DNA of 64,000 nt. Origin: an uncultured Gammaproteobacteria bacterium (GTDB taxonomy: Bacteria > Patescibacteriota > Microgenomatia > Levybacterales > GWA1-39-11). Made by a program: the position numbers and the translations under genes. Of the stretch, positions 1 through 10,483 are shown piece after piece (the first letter of the stretch is position 1; every line of letters begins with the position of its first letter). Where the stretch lies: assembly GCA_964511965.1 (NCBI GenBank), contig CAZEGF010000006.1:18015-82014 (forward strand), read 5' to 3'. The notes beneath the pieces were generated by a model. It was not told the origin of the DNA. It did not search any database and saw only the letters and a program-made list of their open reading frames with translations.

Positions 1-931
1 AGCCCTTGATGAAAATACCCCAGGGCTTGATACTTTCAACGTGGTAATCACATTCATCCATACACAGTTTAATAAAGAACTTTTGGACAAAATGCCAAAT
101 CTTAAATTTATTTCAACAATGTCAACGGGATTTGATCATATCGACACTGATGAATGTAAAAATAGAAATATAATCGTTTCAAACGTTCCAACATATGGAG
201 AAACTATCGTTGCTGAGCATACATTTGCATTACTTTTAGCAATATCAAGAAGGATTCCCGAATCCTTAGAAAGAGTTAAGGAAGGCAATTTTATGCCGTC
301 TGGTTTAACCGGATTTGAGCTTCGTGGAAAAACAATCGGAGTTATTGGGGTAGGAAGCATTGGAAGCAACGTAATAAGAATTGCAAGAGGATTTGGAATG
401 AATGCAATCGTATATAAAAGAACCCCTGATTATGCTTTGGAAAAAGAATTGGGTTGTAAATTCGTTGAGCTAACTGTTTTATATCAACAGTCAGATATTG
501 TTTCGCTTCATATACCTTATTCAAAGGAAACACATCATTATGTTGGGGAAGAACAATTCAACCAAATGAAGGATGGGGTTATAATCATAAATACAGCAAG
601 AGGAGCTTTAATTGATAGTATGGCTTTACTTAAAGCATTGGAATCAGGAAAAGTAAAAGCAGCAGGGCTCGATGTTTTAGAAGAAGAACCTCTTCTTGAG
701 GAAGAGAAAGATCTTCTATCCCAGTCGTTTGATAAAGATAAGTTGATGACAATACTTGAAGGTCATATGCTCGTAAATCATCCAAATGTTCTTGTTACCC
801 CACACAATGCATTTAATAGTACTGAGGCGTTGCATAAAATTGTTGAGACAACTCATCAGAATCTGACCGGCTTTATGAATAATATGCCTTTAAATGTAGT
901 TCCTGCTCCTAGGGAAGAACACCACACTTAA
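1..931 (+). CDS. D-isomer-specific 2-hydroxyacid dehydrogenase (NAD-binding), 5'-truncated at the window edge
   Basis: Translation carries the Rossmann motif GVIGVGSIGSNV and a catalytic-domain region (TGFDHID..VPTYGETIVAEHT) typical of D-lactate/phosphoglycerate dehydrogenase-family enzymes. The frame is open back to base 2, so the N-terminus lies outside the window. Confidence 0.8.
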   Translation, partial: ALDENTPGLDTFNVVITFIHTQFNKELLDKMPNLKFISTMSTGFDHIDTDECKNRNIIVSNVPTYGETIVAEHTFALLLAISRRIPESLERVKEGNFMPSGLTGFELRGKTIGVIGVGSIGSNVIRIARGFGMNAIVYKRTPDYALEKELGCKFVELTVLYQQSDIVSLHIPYSKETHHYVGEEQFNQMKDGVIIINTARGALIDSMALLKALESGKVKAAGLDVLEEEPLLEEEKDLLSQSFDKDKLMTILEGHMLVNHPNVLVTPHNAFNSTEALHKIVETTHQNLTGFMNNMPLNVVPAPREEHHT

Positions 932-981
932 ATTTCTTAAATTAATTTACTTCAGGTATAATATGATTCTAAGTATTTACT

Positions 982-2037
982 ATGATATTTCAAGAATATG
1001 CATTAGAAAGTCGAAAATTAATTGAGAATCATTTAAAGCAAATTCTCCATGCACAAAGAGAGTTATTACCTCAGTCTTTACAAAAACAAAAAATAATTGA
1101 ATCTCTGGAAGAATTCGTTTTCAAAGGCAAGCTGATACGAGGGACATTGTATTTACTAACGATAGAAATGTTTGGGGGATCTATAACAAAAAAACACTTA
1201 GATATAGCTTGTGCAATAGAGCTTGTTCATTCTTCATTATTAATCCAAGACGATATTATCGACAACGATTATTTTCGACGTGGTGGTAAGACTATTTTTG
1301 CTGTTTACGAAGAGAAAGGACACGAAGTAGAAGCAATTGATGCTAGGCATTTTGGGTTATCAATTGCATTGCTGGTTGCTGATGTTTCGTTTTACTTAGC
1401 AATGGAGTTAATTTCCAATTTTGACTCGGATGTCGTTGGTAAAATGATGAAATATTTTTCACAAGAAATTACAAAAGTTGCTCTTGCTGAGGGAATTGAT
1501 TCGGAATTTGGTCAGACAAAAGAAGAAGCAACAAAAGATGAAATTATCGATATTTATACATTTAAAACTGCGAGATATACTTTTTCACTCCCATTAGTAC
1601 TTGCTTGTTTGGCATTGAAAAAAGACGAAAAAACCCTAAAAGAAATTGATACTCTCGGAGAGTATGTGGGTACAATTTTTCAAATAAAAGACGACGTTAT
1701 TGGTCTTATAGGTGATGAAAAAGAAATTGGTAAACCGGTTGGATCTGATGTTCGGGAAAACAAAAAAACGCTTATTAGATTTTTATTATTTGAAAAAGTA
1801 GATGATGATGAAAAAAATACAATCAAAAGGTTATTTGGAAATGAAAATTTCACTAGAGAAGATTTGGAATATATAAAAGATTTAGTTTCAAAATATAAGA
1901 TAATTGACATATTAAATTCCGATATTAAAAAAATAATGGATAAAGCCTGGGATTTATTTAATAGTTTAGACATAAATAATGAAAAAAAAGAGGTTCTTAA
2001 AAATCTTTTCGAATTCAATCTAAATAGAACAGCTTAA
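982..2037 (+). CDS. trans-polyprenyl diphosphate synthase (GGPP/FPP synthase family)
   Basis: Both aspartate-rich motifs are present: LIQDDIIDND (first DDxxD) and FQIKDDVIG (second DDxxD). Confidence 0.85.
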   Translation: MIFQEYALESRKLIENHLKQILHAQRELLPQSLQKQKIIESLEEFVFKGKLIRGTLYLLTIEMFGGSITKKHLDIACAIELVHSSLLIQDDIIDNDYFRRGGKTIFAVYEEKGHEVEAIDARHFGLSIALLVADVSFYLAMELISNFDSDVVGKMMKYFSQEITKVALAEGIDSEFGQTKEEATKDEIIDIYTFKTARYTFSLPLVLACLALKKDEKTLKEIDTLGEYVGTIFQIKDDVIGLIGDEKEIGKPVGSDVRENKKTLIRFLLFEKVDDDEKNTIKRLFGNENFTREDLEYIKDLVSKYKIIDILNSDIKKIMDKAWDLFNSLDINNEKKEVLKNLFEFNLNRTA

Positions 2038-2054
2038 TTTGAATAATAAAATCA

Positions 2055-2405
2055 TTGGAATATAATAAGGATATGAATTTAATACTTCGCCTAATCATTC
2101 TTATCATTTCTGTTTTTGTTGCCGCATTTATTATTCCAGGAGTTGCAATTGATTCGACAACAACCCTTATTGTTGTATCAATTGTTTTGGGTCTTGTTAA
2201 TACGTTTCTAAAACCAGTTCTTATTATCCTTACTATTCCTTTAACAATCCTTACTCTTGGTATATTTCTCTTAATACTTAATGGACTACTAGTTTTGTTG
2301 GTGGGATCAATTGTCCCGGGGTTTCATGTAAGTGGAATTTTGACAGCTATACTATTTAGTATCGTAGTATCTTTGGTGTCCTCATTACTTTCAAGTTTGT
2401 CTTAA
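2055..2405 (+). CDS. small multi-TM membrane protein (DUF360 / phage-holin-family-4-like)
   Basis: 116 aa, almost entirely hydrophobic helices. Resembles YvlD/DUF360-type membrane proteins. Confidence 0.5.
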   Translation: MEYNKDMNLILRLIILIISVFVAAFIIPGVAIDSTTTLIVVSIVLGLVNTFLKPVLIILTIPLTILTLGIFLLILNGLLVLLVGSIVPGFHVSGILTAILFSIVVSLVSSLLSSLS

Positions 2406-2423
2406 GGTTAGTGCGAATACACC

Positions 2424-2864
2424 TTATAGTCCCTGAATGTCCGTATTCAATTGAGTGCTGTCACTATCCGGATTTGGAACAGGAGTAAGTAATATTTCCT
2501 CATCTGTTGGAGTTACTGTGGGAGTTACCGGTGGTGTTGTTGGTTGAATTACTTGTTGTTGAACCGGTGGTGTTGTTTTTGCCGGTTGGCCGGTTGACTG
2601 CTTCATAATAATGTAATACAAAGCACCCAAAACAATAATTAACGTTACTAAAATAAAGGCAACAATCAAAAGTCCATTGTTTTTCTTACCTGGTGAAGGA
2701 GGGGCGACAACCGGAGCCGTTGCTATCGGTGGTGGAGGTGTTGGTGGAACAGCAGCAGTCGGAACAGTTGCATCGGTTGGGGGTGCAACAGGAGTTACCT
2801 GAGGTGGAGGTGTAGTTGCTCCTTCTGGTGGTGTTGTTGGTTGTGTTTGATCTTTATTTTCCAT
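2424..2864 (-). CDS. hypothetical Pro/Thr-rich single-pass membrane protein
   Basis: Low-complexity PT-rich flanks around one hydrophobic helix (LLIVAFILVTLIIVLGALYYII). Confidence 0.4.
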   Translation of the reverse strand: MENKDQTQPTTPPEGATTPPPQVTPVAPPTDATVPTAAVPPTPPPPIATAPVVAPPSPGKKNNGLLIVAFILVTLIIVLGALYYIIMKQSTGQPAKTTPPVQQQVIQPTTPPVTPTVTPTDEEILLTPVPNPDSDSTQLNTDIQGL

Positions 2865-2872
2865 AGGTCTCC

Positions 2873-3619
2873 TTACGGTTTTGGTGTAACTGACGTTGTT
2901 ACTACAGGTGTCGTAGTTACAGTTGTGGTTGGGGTTGGTGAAACTCCTGTAAGTTTGGCAAGATCAGTATGAGCTTTAAGGACTGCAGCCTGGGCTGCAA
3001 CAACTTTAGTAAATACCGCTTTTATGTCTGTCATAAATTGCTTAATTGTACTTGAAACATTTGTTTTAAGAGCAGTATCGGTAGTTAGCGTTACTACATA
3101 ATCCTTTGCTGCTTGATCACTTACAGCTGTTATAGCAAGATTAATCGCTGCTGTTGCATTAGTGATATCATTTTTTAGTGTAGCCGTATTTTTACCGGCA
3201 GCAGCTAGCTCTCCTTCTTTAGTTGAGATTTTTGTAAGAATTGTAGTTAATCTCTCTAATCTTTTTGACATTTCATCTGTTCTATTTTTGTTAATGTTGT
3301 TAATTCTTGCGTCAATGTTTGTAACTATTGATTGTTTTTTAGCGTCTTTAATTTCAAGGACTTTTGTCTTAAATTCTGTTCTTGCAGCCTCCATTTTGTC
3401 ATGCAACTCGGTTTTCGCGTCCTTCATAGCTTCATGAATTGTGGGGCGGACTTTAAGCATTTCGCGCTTGGTTGTTGCTGTGGGAGTAACCGATGTAGCT
3501 GCAAGAGAAGTTTCGGTAGTAGATGTAGTAGAAACCGTATTTGATTCTTGCGCAAATGCAAAAGCTGGGGAGATGCCGAAAATTAAGACAGAAAATATAA
3601 CGAGCAGTTTATTTCGCAT
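2873..3619 (-). CDS. hypothetical secreted coiled-coil protein
   Basis: An internal Met (MRNKLLVIFSVLIFGISPAFAFAQ) gives a signal peptide. The rest is Ala/Lys/Thr-rich helical sequence. Start chosen at the signal-peptide Met. Confidence 0.45.
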   Translation of the reverse strand: MRNKLLVIFSVLIFGISPAFAFAQESNTVSTTSTTETSLAATSVTPTATTKREMLKVRPTIHEAMKDAKTELHDKMEAARTEFKTKVLEIKDAKKQSIVTNIDARINNINKNRTDEMSKRLERLTTILTKISTKEGELAAAGKNTATLKNDITNATAAINLAITAVSDQAAKDYVVTLTTDTALKTNVSSTIKQFMTDIKAVFTKVVAAQAAVLKAHTDLAKLTGVSPTPTTTVTTTPVVTTSVTPKP

Positions 3620-3625
3620 ATACCC

Positions 3626-3655
3626 ATGATAGTAAAAAAGAGGTTGTTGTGTCAA
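3626..3655 (-). promoter_or_regulatory. sigma70-like promoter (TTGACA-N18-TATCAT) ending 6 nt before the ATG; possible leaderless transcript
   Basis: On the minus strand: TTGACA (plus 3650-3655), 18-nt spacer, TATCAT (plus 3626-3631), then gggtatATG. Confidence 0.3.
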
Positions 3656-3793
3656 GTTTTGAGGTTTGGTTTTACGGGTCCTTACTCTCCTCACCCCCAT
3701 TTGCGATTCTTAACACCGGCTCTAATTGTATAGAAAAATATTTGTTCGCTTGTGTTAGATTCTCAATGGGGGTCCCCCAGTCGAGCCACCCGT

Positions 3794-4939
<1,146 letters not shown>

Positions 4940-4998
4940 TTACACGAAGTGAAGCTTGCTTACCAGATAATTGTTTATAATTATGATATAACTCGTTT

Positions 4999-5565
4999 AT
5001 GGCAAAAGCATATGAACATGAAGTGGAAATCAAAGTAAAGGTCCAAAGTCTTGACGATTTACATAGCAAACTTGTCAAATTAGGATTCGTGTTTGATGAA
5101 CCAGTGGTCCAGAAAGATGTGATATTTATCAACATACTAGATGGATGGCCTGAATTTAATCCAAATAGAATAGCACTTAGAATACGGGAGGAAAATAACA
5201 AAATACTTTTTACTTTTAAAAGACCAGTCGCAAACGAACTGGATAAAATAGAGCGAGAAACAGAAATAGGCGATGCATCTAAAATGCGCGATATTATTTT
5301 ATTTTTGGGTTTTACAGAGATTTCAAAGGTTAATAAAAAAAGAATAACTGCTGAGAAAAACGATATAAGTATCTGTCTTGACGAAGTTGAGAATCTTGGA
5401 AGTTTTATAGAAATAGAAAAACTAACGGACGGAAAAGCTAGTGAAAAAGTTCAACAAGAGCTGATGGATTTCTTGAACAGTTTAGGAATAGAAAGCTCGG
5501 AAAGAATAACTCAGGGTTATGATACTATGATGGCTTCGCTTATCTCTTCTCAAAATACAAAGTGA
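4999..5565 (+). CDS. CYTH-domain protein (CyaB/thiamine-triphosphatase-like)
   Basis: Starts EVEIKVKV and carries LRIRE and other CYTH beta-barrel signature positions. About 188 aa. Confidence 0.55.
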   Translation: MAKAYEHEVEIKVKVQSLDDLHSKLVKLGFVFDEPVVQKDVIFINILDGWPEFNPNRIALRIREENNKILFTFKRPVANELDKIERETEIGDASKMRDIILFLGFTEISKVNKKRITAEKNDISICLDEVENLGSFIEIEKLTDGKASEKVQQELMDFLNSLGIESSERITQGYDTMMASLISSQNTK

Positions 5566-6316
5566 CTGAGGAGGAGATGGTTTGAGTTCCGGGTTGCAAG
5601 TCTGCTGATGGTGCATTTCCACCACCAAGGCTTACAGCTTCAGTCTTATACATCATAGGAAATGGACCATTATCATTTGTTGACTCAACAATATTTGTTA
5701 CTTTTCCAAGTCTTATCCCCAACTCATTTGCCAATTTTTGTGCTTGCTCTTTTGCATTAGCAATCGCTTTGTTTCGGGCTTGTTCTCTGTATTTTTCAGG
5801 TGATTCTACCGAATAATTTGTTCCCATAACTTGATTTGCGCCGCCTTTTGTTGCAGCGGCAATAACATCTGGAAGCTTTGACGTGTCTTTGACTTTAACG
5901 GTTACCGTTGTATTACCATTGTAGCCGGTGATTGTTCCAGCTCCACCTTTTGTATAGTCGTAGTTAGGCATGATCGAGTAATTTGAAGTCTTGATATCTT
6001 TTTTATCAATTCCAAGTTGGGTTAGATTTTCAACTATTGCATTATTGACTTTATTGATTTGATTTTGTGCATCATCAACGGACTTTGCGTCATTTGTAAC
6101 AATTCCAAGATCAACAGAGGCATTATTTGGAGTTATATCAATTTTTCCTTCTCCAACGACAGCAAGTTCTCCAGAAGCTTGACTGGAGGAAATTTTTAAG
6201 GGGTAGGAAATATTGAAATAGTTAACAATCCACAAAAATAAGACGGTTAATATCAATATCCAGGCGTAATTAGCAATTAATTTGTTTTCCTTGAAGTAAT
6301 TTTTATAATCTGTCAT
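5540..6316 (-). CDS. SIMPL-domain (DUF541) secreted protein
   Basis: N-terminal TM/signal sequence. The pattern of alternating NA...K..A..LANELGI and the two-lobed SIMPL layout are present. Confidence 0.6.
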   Translation of the reverse strand: MTDYKNYFKENKLIANYAWILILTVLFLWIVNYFNISYPLKISSSQASGELAVVGEGKIDITPNNASVDLGIVTNDAKSVDDAQNQINKVNNAIVENLTQLGIDKKDIKTSNYSIMPNYDYTKGGAGTITGYNGNTTVTVKVKDTSKLPDVIAAATKGGANQVMGTNYSVESPEKYREQARNKAIANAKEQAQKLANELGIRLGKVTNIVESTNDNGPFPMMYKTEAVSLGGGNAPSADLQPGTQTISSSVTLYFEKR

Positions 6317-6348
6317 ATATATATCTTATAAAAAAAATGATCTTAAAA

Positions 6349-7167
6349 TCAAGACTTGAGAGAGATACTGTTGCCTATTTTTTCAACAAATCCTTCCTTT
6401 ATTAATTGTTTGATTGCTTGGTTGTAGAACTCTTTGTTTTCAAACTGTTTCGAAAGTGCGGTTTCAGACATTACCTTTTCCAGCAGGAGTTTTAATATCG
6501 CTCCTCTTACTTGCCGTATCGACCCTTCAAATTTTGACTGCTTTGAATACGTCTCACTTTTCCTATTAGGGTTAGTTGTCGTTTTTCCTATATAGGCGCC
6601 GTAATCCATCAACGCATAATACCAGTCTCGTGGATTTTTGGTGTCTAAAGAGTTTTCAATGAATGGGTAAATTTGCTGATCACTGACTTTTTCTTTTTCA
6701 CGGAAAAATTCGTGGATAAAAACCCTTCGGATATTTGTTTCAATAAAGACAACAGGCAGGTTATAGGCAAATGCCATTACCGCACCTGCAGTATTCGGTC
6801 CCACCCCGGGAAGCTTTACTAGTTCCTCTTTGAGGCTGGGAAACGCATTATTATACGTTTCACAAATTATTTCAGCTGTGCGTTTCAGATACAGAGCGCG
6901 TCTATTGTAACCTAAGCCTTGCCATAGTCTTAATACATCTGATGTGGAAGCTTTTGACAAATGTGAAACGCTAGGTAAGGCATGAATAAAGTCTGCATAT
7001 TTTTCAATTACACGACCAGTTTGGGTCTGCTGCAGCATCATTTCAGAAACGATTATCTTGTAGGGATCGGTAGTGTTTCGCCAATCAAATTCTCGTTTGT
7101 TTTCTTTATAAAAAGTATAAATTTTCTTTTTAAATCCGGGGATTTTTTGAAGTACCCTTTTTTTCAT
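6349..7167 (-). CDS. HhH-GPD base-excision DNA glycosylase (MutY/EndoIII family), apparently lacking the 4Cys Fe-S cluster
   Basis: MLQQTQTGRV...LPGVGPNTAGAVMAFAY HhH-GPD motif. No C-terminal Cys cluster is visible. Start placed at MKKRVLQ. Confidence 0.7.
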   Translation of the reverse strand: MKKRVLQKIPGFKKKIYTFYKENKREFDWRNTTDPYKIIVSEMMLQQTQTGRVIEKYADFIHALPSVSHLSKASTSDVLRLWQGLGYNRRALYLKRTAEIICETYNNAFPSLKEELVKLPGVGPNTAGAVMAFAYNLPVVFIETNIRRVFIHEFFREKEKVSDQQIYPFIENSLDTKNPRDWYYALMDYGAYIGKTTTNPNRKSETYSKQSKFEGSIRQVRGAILKLLLEKVMSETALSKQFENKEFYNQAIKQLIKEGFVEKIGNSISLKS

Positions 7168-10100
7168 AGTCGTGTCTGTACACAATGAAGTACATTACCG
7201 GTATGAAGAATAACATGATAATTCCTGAAAAAGAAAGCCCGGCAATAATTGCCCCACCCAGTCCCCGCCAGAGAGGATTGGATAGAGATATTGGGATAAG
7301 CCCCACAATGGTGGTAAATGAGCCTATAAAGACGGGTTCTAACCTACTTGCCGCTCCATCCGCAATTGCCTCTTTAAATGGCATTCCGAAAGACAAATTT
7401 CTATTGAATTTATCAACCAAAAACATGGCGTGTGTTACCACGATTCCAAATAGAGAAAGAACTCCAATAAGAGCAGGGAACGACAATGGAGTTCCGGTTA
7501 TTGCAAAGACAATAAATACTCCGGAAACTGCAAGCGGGATAACAAGCATAACAATAAGTGCCTTTCTATAGCTTCGGAATTGGATAACCATGGTTGCCAA
7601 AATAAGAATTCCGGCAAGGATCATCGACTGCAGAATTGAGGTAACTGATTTTTGATTTTCTTCATTTACTCCACCAGTTCTATACTCATATCCGTCGGAT
7701 AACTTAAGTCCGTCAACGTATTTGAGAAGATTTTCATTAGCTTTAGAAACCGAATATCCCTTGCTAACCCCAGCACTTACCGAAATTGTTCTTTTTGTAT
7801 CTAAGTGAGTTATAGCAGTAGGGTTAGTATCAAGCTTTAAGGTACCTAAAGAAAGTAGTGGAACATAGCCCCTATCGCTGTCAGGAATTGATAGACGGGA
7901 AAGATCCTCAGGGCTTTGAGTGTCAGCATTCATCCGAAATACAATGTCTTTTGAATCTTTTTCGCCAAATTTAACGCTTTTAAAAGTAAGTCCGGTTGTA
8001 AAAGTTCTGAGCCAAATACCTAGTGAATCTTGTGTTATGCCTGATGAAGCAAGTTTTGATGGATCGGGAACAAAAGTAAGTTTTGAAGTTCCCGGATTTA
8101 CACTTTTTGTAACATTAATTGTACCCGGCTGTTTTTGGAGATAAAGCATAATCTTGTCAGCATAACCGTCTAATGTTGCAAGGTCATCTCCCAGTAATTG
8201 TACTTGTACTTCAGCACCTGCAGGTGGGCCACCTGAAAGCTCAACAACCGACACTTTACCCTCGCTTTTAATATGTTTTAATTCTTCCCGGATATTATTT
8301 GCAATAGTTAGTGAGTCCATTTTCCGTTCGTTTTTTGAAGGCAACGAAAGCGTAAATAGAGTTACGTTACTGCCTGATCTAAAATCCTGTGCTCCGGCAT
8401 CAATACCTTTTCCAATTTCAGCACTCACATATTCAATACCTTTTGTTTTTCTTAATTTGTCAAGAAGTGATTGAGTAGCACGGGTTACCTCAGGAGTATT
8501 TGTTCCACTAGGTAATTCTAAATTTACATAAATATAGTCATTTCCACTTTTAGGAAAAAACTCATTTGTAACAAAGCCAAAAGGTACTAACAGATAAGAA
8601 AAAATCGAAAATACAACTACTGCAGTAAGAACTTTTTTTCGAGCATTTTTTGAAGAAAGAATTCGGATGATAATTCTTTTGTAATATTCTGCAAAATGCT
8701 CGATATCAATAATTCTGTCGTTAAAACGGGAAGCAAAAACTTTTGTTTTTTTGATCCGATGTCCTCCAACAAAACTTTCAAATTTATTATATAAAACGGT
8801 TCTTGTTCGAATTGAGATGTAGGCAAAAAGAGCTGAAAGTAAAAGAATAAAAACCACAAAAGGATTGCCTTTGAAAAGTGACAGTATTAAAAATGCGACA
8901 AGAAAAACGCTCACAATTTTAAGAAGCACAACGACCCTTCTTGGCATGCTAAATTTAAGAACTAATATCATTAGAGGAATTGTGATAAGAACTGCAATTG
9001 CAGTTGAAGAGTAGAGAGTTGTAGCAACAACAATTGGTATAGTTTTAATAAATTCACCAATAATCCCTTTCGACAAAAGCAATGGCAAAAATGCCCATGA
9101 AGTTGTAATTGTCGTGCTCCAAATTGGCACAATAAGATCACGCCATACTAAAAGTCCCGTCTCTTGAGGAGTGAATTTTTTCGTTCTGTAGTAAGAAGTC
9201 ATGCCGGTTACAACAACTATCGTGTCATCAACTAAAAGTCCAAGAGCAAGAAGCAAAGAAAATAAAGTCAAAAAGTTGAGAGAAAGTCCCACGCTGTGAA
9301 TAACGGTAAATGTAACAAGAAATGTGAGAGGGATTGTGAGCACTGCAATGAGTGCTTGTCTTATACCGAGAAAAACAAGAAAAGTTATAAATACCAAAAT
9401 AAGAGTATCACGAAAGCTACCGGTTAAATTGCCAAATTCGTCTTCGATAAGATGTGAAGAGTCGGTAATACTTATTACTTTAAAATCATTTTTGTAGGGT
9501 TTTATTGCATCTTCAACAATTTTTTTGGTTCTCTTAGAGCCCTCATCAATTGTTGCAGTACTGTTTTTATAAACAGAAAATGTTGCAACAGTAGATCCCT
9601 TCGAGTTGTTGTCTGCAATAAATGCTTTTTGAAGACCCGGTTTTGTTTTTTCTGAAATAGTGGCAATTTCTGAAAGTTTTACTTGCTCACCTTCGACTTT
9701 TAAAGTAACATTGCGAAGATCTTCTGTTGAGGCAACGGATGGATTTATACCAACAGGAAACGATAAATTTTGAGAATTAACAGACCCCGATGGGTAGGAG
9801 GCAAGAAGAGTTCTTATTGTACCTGAAAGTGCTAAGGGGTTCAGACCATTATTAGTTATCTTTTCCGGATCGGCTAAAATTTGAATTTCTTGATCTTCAA
9901 TTCCCGAAACTGTTACTCTGTCAATTATCGTGTCATTTTCAAGCTTGTCTTTTAGCTGTTTTGAAAACCTATATAGCGAAGCCGGATCATCACCTTTTAT
10001 AGCAAAAATCCAGATGGGTTGATCTTCAAAATCAAATTTTCTGACAATTGGACTTTTGGCATCTTCAGGAAGATCGGTTACCGTATCGACAGATGATTTA

Positions 10101-10477
10101 AGATCTGCTTCTGCCTTCTCAGGACTAATATTTGAACTAAACTCTGCGATAATGGTTGATACGGATTCGTTAGAACTTGAATTAAGAGTTGTAATTCCTT
10201 TCGTTCCTTTAATCGCATCTTCAATTGGATTTGTGACAAGTTCTTCAACATCCTTTGGACTTGCACCTGGAAGAACGGTTGTTACTGCAACAATTGGAAT
10301 TTTAACTTCAGGATTAAGCCTTCTGGGAAGCGTTAGAAAACTTGTAACCCCTGTTGCAATTATCAAAAATAACAACAGAAGAACAATTCTGACGTTAGAT
10401 AAATATTTTGCCTTAAAGGATGTTAAAAGAGCCGGATCAAACTTAAGGCGTGACAGGTATGAATTTTTTTTCTCCAT
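7130..10477 (-). CDS. RND family efflux transporter permease (AcrB/HAE1-like)
   Basis: 1115 aa with two blocks of about 6 TM helices alternating with large periplasmic loops. Typical RND architecture. Confidence 0.85.
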   Translation of the reverse strand: MEKKNSYLSRLKFDPALLTSFKAKYLSNVRIVLLLLFLIIATGVTSFLTLPRRLNPEVKIPIVAVTTVLPGASPKDVEELVTNPIEDAIKGTKGITTLNSSSNESVSTIIAEFSSNISPEKAEADLKSSVDTVTDLPEDAKSPIVRKFDFEDQPIWIFAIKGDDPASLYRFSKQLKDKLENDTIIDRVTVSGIEDQEIQILADPEKITNNGLNPLALSGTIRTLLASYPSGSVNSQNLSFPVGINPSVASTEDLRNVTLKVEGEQVKLSEIATISEKTKPGLQKAFIADNNSKGSTVATFSVYKNSTATIDEGSKRTKKIVEDAIKPYKNDFKVISITDSSHLIEDEFGNLTGSFRDTLILVFITFLVFLGIRQALIAVLTIPLTFLVTFTVIHSVGLSLNFLTLFSLLLALGLLVDDTIVVVTGMTSYYRTKKFTPQETGLLVWRDLIVPIWSTTITTSWAFLPLLLSKGIIGEFIKTIPIVVATTLYSSTAIAVLITIPLMILVLKFSMPRRVVVLLKIVSVFLVAFLILSLFKGNPFVVFILLLSALFAYISIRTRTVLYNKFESFVGGHRIKKTKVFASRFNDRIIDIEHFAEYYKRIIIRILSSKNARKKVLTAVVVFSIFSYLLVPFGFVTNEFFPKSGNDYIYVNLELPSGTNTPEVTRATQSLLDKLRKTKGIEYVSAEIGKGIDAGAQDFRSGSNVTLFTLSLPSKNERKMDSLTIANNIREELKHIKSEGKVSVVELSGGPPAGAEVQVQLLGDDLATLDGYADKIMLYLQKQPGTINVTKSVNPGTSKLTFVPDPSKLASSGITQDSLGIWLRTFTTGLTFKSVKFGEKDSKDIVFRMNADTQSPEDLSRLSIPDSDRGYVPLLSLGTLKLDTNPTAITHLDTKRTISVSAGVSKGYSVSKANENLLKYVDGLKLSDGYEYRTGGVNEENQKSVTSILQSMILAGILILATMVIQFRSYRKALIVMLVIPLAVSGVFIVFAITGTPLSFPALIGVLSLFGIVVTHAMFLVDKFNRNLSFGMPFKEAIADGAASRLEPVFIGSFTTIVGLIPISLSNPLWRGLGGAIIAGLSFSGIIMLFFIPVMYFIVYRHDYEKKGTSKNPRI

Positions 10478-10483
10478 GAGAAG

